Origin: a virus | IMG/VR virus record: IMGVR_UViG_3300028908_000005 | Coordinates: 1 to 64,000 of that record | Direction: 5' to 3' (one strand) | DNA: 64,000 nucleotides | Shown: piece after piece, positions 61,198-64,000 of the stretch | How positions within the stretch are numbered: position 1 is the first letter of the stretch | How the letters are laid out: every line of letters starts with the position of its first letter | Notes under the pieces: model-generated | Database searches by the model: none | Told to the model about the DNA's origin: nothing | The model's input: only the letters and a program-made list of their open reading frames with translations | Made by a program: the position numbers and the translations under genes

Positions 61198-61886
61198 TCT
61201 GGGAACGTCCTTATGTCGACTCGCGTAGGCTTCGCAACGAAACCGCGTTTACCGGACATATAGCGCGATTTCCATTGCTTGTCGTTGCGGTGCCATGAAT
61301 GGTAAAAGCCGTTAACGCGTTTCCGTATAATCCGTAACCCTGCCCGCTTAGCTCGCTTGAATATATCCGTATCCTCACCGCCCCAACGCCAGCAAAGTTT
61401 TGCGTTCCACTGCCTGATGTTGCAAAAATCAGTTTTAACAAAACCACAGTTACCGTATCCGCGATCTCGCCACCAACCGTTTCCGGCTTTGACAACCATC
61501 GGCTTGTCGCGGTGTAACGAGTAGCAAATGGGAAACCATGCAGTGCCGGGAGTTATAACAGAAAAGGCTAAAACCGCAAAGTCTTCCGGCAATCGCACAT
61601 CCGCATCCGCAAAGAATACTATATCCTGTTTGCGGATATTGGCAGAAGCGACGCCGGTGTTGAGGCATTGTCCCCTGTTAAACGGCACACCATGCAGTGT
61701 CACGAGCGTCGCCGGTATCGCAGCCGCTTTGACGACCTCGGCGACATCCGCATCGTCTGACTGGCAGTCGACAACCACGACACGGCATCGCTCGACCTTT
61801 TGCAATCTGCGTATATCTTGCAGCAACGCGGCAACGTGCTGTGTACGGTTTTTGTTCGCTACGACGAACGTCAAATGCGGTATCAT
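61194..61886 (-). CDS. glycosyltransferase (GT-A; GT2/GT7-like), paralogue of the adjacent gene
   Basis: VVDCQSDD, FNRGQCLNTG, FADAD, WGGED, HSWH. Confidence 0.87.
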   Translation of the reverse strand: MIPHLTFVVANKNRTQHVAALLQDIRRLQKVERCRVVVVDCQSDDADVAEVVKAAAIPATLVTLHGVPFNRGQCLNTGVASANIRKQDIVFFADADVRLPEDFAVLAFSVITPGTAWFPICYSLHRDKPMVVKAGNGWWRDRGYGNCGFVKTDFCNIRQWNAKLCWRWGGEDTDIFKRAKRAGLRIIRKRVNGFYHSWHRNDKQWKSRYMSGKRGFVAKPTRVDIRTFPD

Positions 61887-61899
61887 GATTTCGCTGCAA

Positions 61900-63777
61900 T
61901 CATTGCATTTGGCCGACGACCTGCTGCTGTGCCATCGCTACGCCCTGGCGCGCCGCGTCTTGGCGAATTGCGTCAAGCTGATCGCGGATTATCGGGTGTA
62001 AACTTGGTGCCCGCTGTTTGATCTGCCGCAACGCGCTGTCCTTCATCGTTTCCGGAAGCTGGAACAGCTGCTGCGCAATGTTCTGGGCTATTTGCATTGC
62101 TTCTTCAGGTGTGAGTTTTTCGAATTGCCCTTGCGGTAGTTGCGCCAAAATCGCGGCTATCGGGTCGCCGGCGGCTTGCGCTGCTGGGCCGCCGCCGGCA
62201 GGAGCCGCACCGCCGGCTGGCGCTGCTGCGGGTGCGCCGCCAGGAGCAGCACCAGCGGCTGCGTCCTGCTGCCCTGGCGTAATGCCAGCAGCCAAAATAT
62301 CGCCAAGGCCGCCGGCTTCCAACTCTTCTTGCGTCTCTTTGCTCTTCTCGGCCACGAACTTCTCTTCTTCGAGCAGCCGCGATTGCTCTTCCTCGAAATC
62401 GAGTCCAATACCTTTGAGTCCGGTAGTTTGGCTGATTTGCCGCTGCATCATCAGCTGCAGTTTTGCCAGCTGGCGGTTCATGTCGTCGACGTGCGACGGG
62501 CGTTGCAGCTTCGGTTTGACCGATTCCCAACGCAACAGCTCGCTGACACGATCGCAAAGCCAATGCAGGAAACGATTCATCATATGAATCAAATGACCCC
62601 AATGGCTTTCCATAAGCCGCAATGAAACGTTAGCTGACTGGATCGTCATCGAACCGCGGTAAAACTCGACCGGAATGCCGGTAGCATTCAGCAGCGTGTC
62701 GATCGCTTGATCCATTAGCTGGTACGGTGCCAACTGCGAAGCTTCGCCGCCAAGCACCTGATAACGCACCGGGAACGGCAGCGTGTGCCACGTTGTCGGA
62801 TCTTGCCGCCGTTGCCGCAGCATACTTTGCACTTGGCCAGTAAAGCCGGCCAGGTCCGCAGTGAACATTGGATCTGCAAACTCGGCGCCAGCCCCTGACG
62901 GGCGCGGCTCGGGCGTAATAACGCGGAAAGGAATGATGTAATCCAGTCCGATCGCTTCGTTGTACCGGTGCAACACTTGGACGTACCAAGCATGGCGGAA
63001 GTTCGTCAGTGTTCGGCTGATTCCCCAACCGCGATTAACGATACCCGCCAGTGTATCTTCCTTGGCGTGGTAGATCACGCCAGGGTTGAATTTGAAATAC
63101 GCATTCTCTTTTACCGCTTGTATGATCTCCCACGGAGCGCGCTCCAACACATGCGGAACGCCGCGTGTGATCAATTCGCGGTAATACTGAGGGATTCGCC
63201 AGATATACTCGACTTCGTGCGTATACGGATCCCAGACGAGCTCGATATGCTTCGGGTTTCGCCGGAGTACCTGCAATCTGGACGAGTCGGTTGACCGCCT
63301 ATCAACACGCGACCACACACCGGTATATCCGCACAGCGGGCATGTAGCGTTGAACTGCATATCCCACTTGAATCTGAACTTCTGGTTGTCCACAACCGTT
63401 CGCATAGGCGCTTCGAAGCCGCATTTGCGGCAGCGAAGATACCGGTGCTGCGGCATGACTACCGTCGTAAAGCTATTGCCGTACGTGATGTAATCAAGGC
63501 CGAGTTGCCGCAGTACCGGCATGATTCCGATTTCGTCGTAGAGAAAATCCAAATACTGTCGCTTCAGATCGTGGTCAGCATCAGTGATATCGATGTCGGT
63601 TATGAAATAACTGATGATCCGTTCAATCGCCGTACGGTAGATCCCGTTCGCCATGACGACTTGTTCGCACAGCTCCAAGGCATCTGCTATCGACGCCGGC
63701 ATCGACATCGAAGCATAATCGTAAAACGGATCGGGAAACGGCTCGATACCAGCCTTCTGCGACCATCGATCTAACAT
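61900..63777 (-). CDS. probable portal protein with zinc-ribbon insertion
   Basis: 625 aa; portal-like layout (D..TYGNSF, GWG, GIPVEF, ISQTT, Q-rich tail); CRKC..CPLC; assignment is inference. Confidence 0.6.
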   Translation of the reverse strand: MLDRWSQKAGIEPFPDPFYDYASMSMPASIADALELCEQVVMANGIYRTAIERIISYFITDIDITDADHDLKRQYLDFLYDEIGIMPVLRQLGLDYITYGNSFTTVVMPQHRYLRCRKCGFEAPMRTVVDNQKFRFKWDMQFNATCPLCGYTGVWSRVDRRSTDSSRLQVLRRNPKHIELVWDPYTHEVEYIWRIPQYYRELITRGVPHVLERAPWEIIQAVKENAYFKFNPGVIYHAKEDTLAGIVNRGWGISRTLTNFRHAWYVQVLHRYNEAIGLDYIIPFRVITPEPRPSGAGAEFADPMFTADLAGFTGQVQSMLRQRRQDPTTWHTLPFPVRYQVLGGEASQLAPYQLMDQAIDTLLNATGIPVEFYRGSMTIQSANVSLRLMESHWGHLIHMMNRFLHWLCDRVSELLRWESVKPKLQRPSHVDDMNRQLAKLQLMMQRQISQTTGLKGIGLDFEEEQSRLLEEEKFVAEKSKETQEELEAGGLGDILAAGITPGQQDAAAGAAPGGAPAAAPAGGAAPAGGGPAAQAAGDPIAAILAQLPQGQFEKLTPEEAMQIAQNIAQQLFQLPETMKDSALRQIKQRAPSLHPIIRDQLDAIRQDAARQGVAMAQQQVVGQMQ

Positions 63778-63795
63778 TTTTCGGCCTTCGACAAA

Positions 63796-63984
63796 TTAAG
63801 ATTTCGTTGGCGTTTCTGCAGTTTCCGCAGCTTCCGCAGCTTTCGCCAACTTGCTAAGCGCCCAATCCTCAAGCTCTCTGCTAGCATCAAATGCTGACGC
63901 CTGCTTCTTCTGCTTAGCGTCATCCTCGAATGCCGCTACCGGTTTGGTACGCCCAGGCTCTACGACGTTGCGTTTCTCCATCAT
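63796..63984 (-). CDS. small hypothetical protein
   Basis: 62 aa, MEKRNVVEPGRT. Confidence 0.5.
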   Translation of the reverse strand: MMEKRNVVEPGRTKPVAAFEDDAKQKKQASAFDASRELEDWALSKLAKAAEAAETAETPTKS

Positions 63985-64000
63985 TGGATCAATCCCAGTC

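Noticed and set aside
1-64000. tRNA or rRNA genes
   Set aside because: None recognised by eye in the few intergenic gaps. tRNAscan-SE or Infernal would be needed to exclude them.

Overview
A 64-kb segment of a large, GC-rich tailed dsDNA phage genome. Almost all genes are on the minus strand. The host is possibly a Planctomycete, which is inference only, from the AAA-ATPase/DUF1257/DUF2997 module. Left to right: (1) about 0.1-12.6 kb, an accessory region dominated by about 17 tandem, diverged paralogues of one ~180-aa family; (2) 16.7-31.9 kb, a replication/recombination module with RecA/UvsX, a probable SSB, a UDG-fused family A DNA polymerase, primase, DnaB, an SF2 helicase, an IS110/Nop(Tas)-like protein and SbcCD; (3) HldE, a Tad1-family anti-defence sponge, a degenerate HUH Rep-like gene and a non-coding region with twin hairpins; (4) the main finding at 36.4-38.8 kb, a stand-alone RAMP/Cas7-like gene followed directly by a 1.8-kb non-coding array of 13 tracts of 5-nt-periodic GGY-NN units separated by 12 covarying 30-nt hairpins. 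This is a candidate RNA-guided system with a non-contiguous guide code (VIPR-like), not a CRISPR array; (5) a plus-strand terminase large subunit whose intein carries a LAGLIDADG endonuclease in a different reading frame; (6) Gp88-like, AAA module, MazG-like, pseudo-dTMP kinase, CsrA, DHH phosphoesterase, two glycosyltransferases and a probable portal protein. All family assignments come from motif recognition by eye. No database searches were run.
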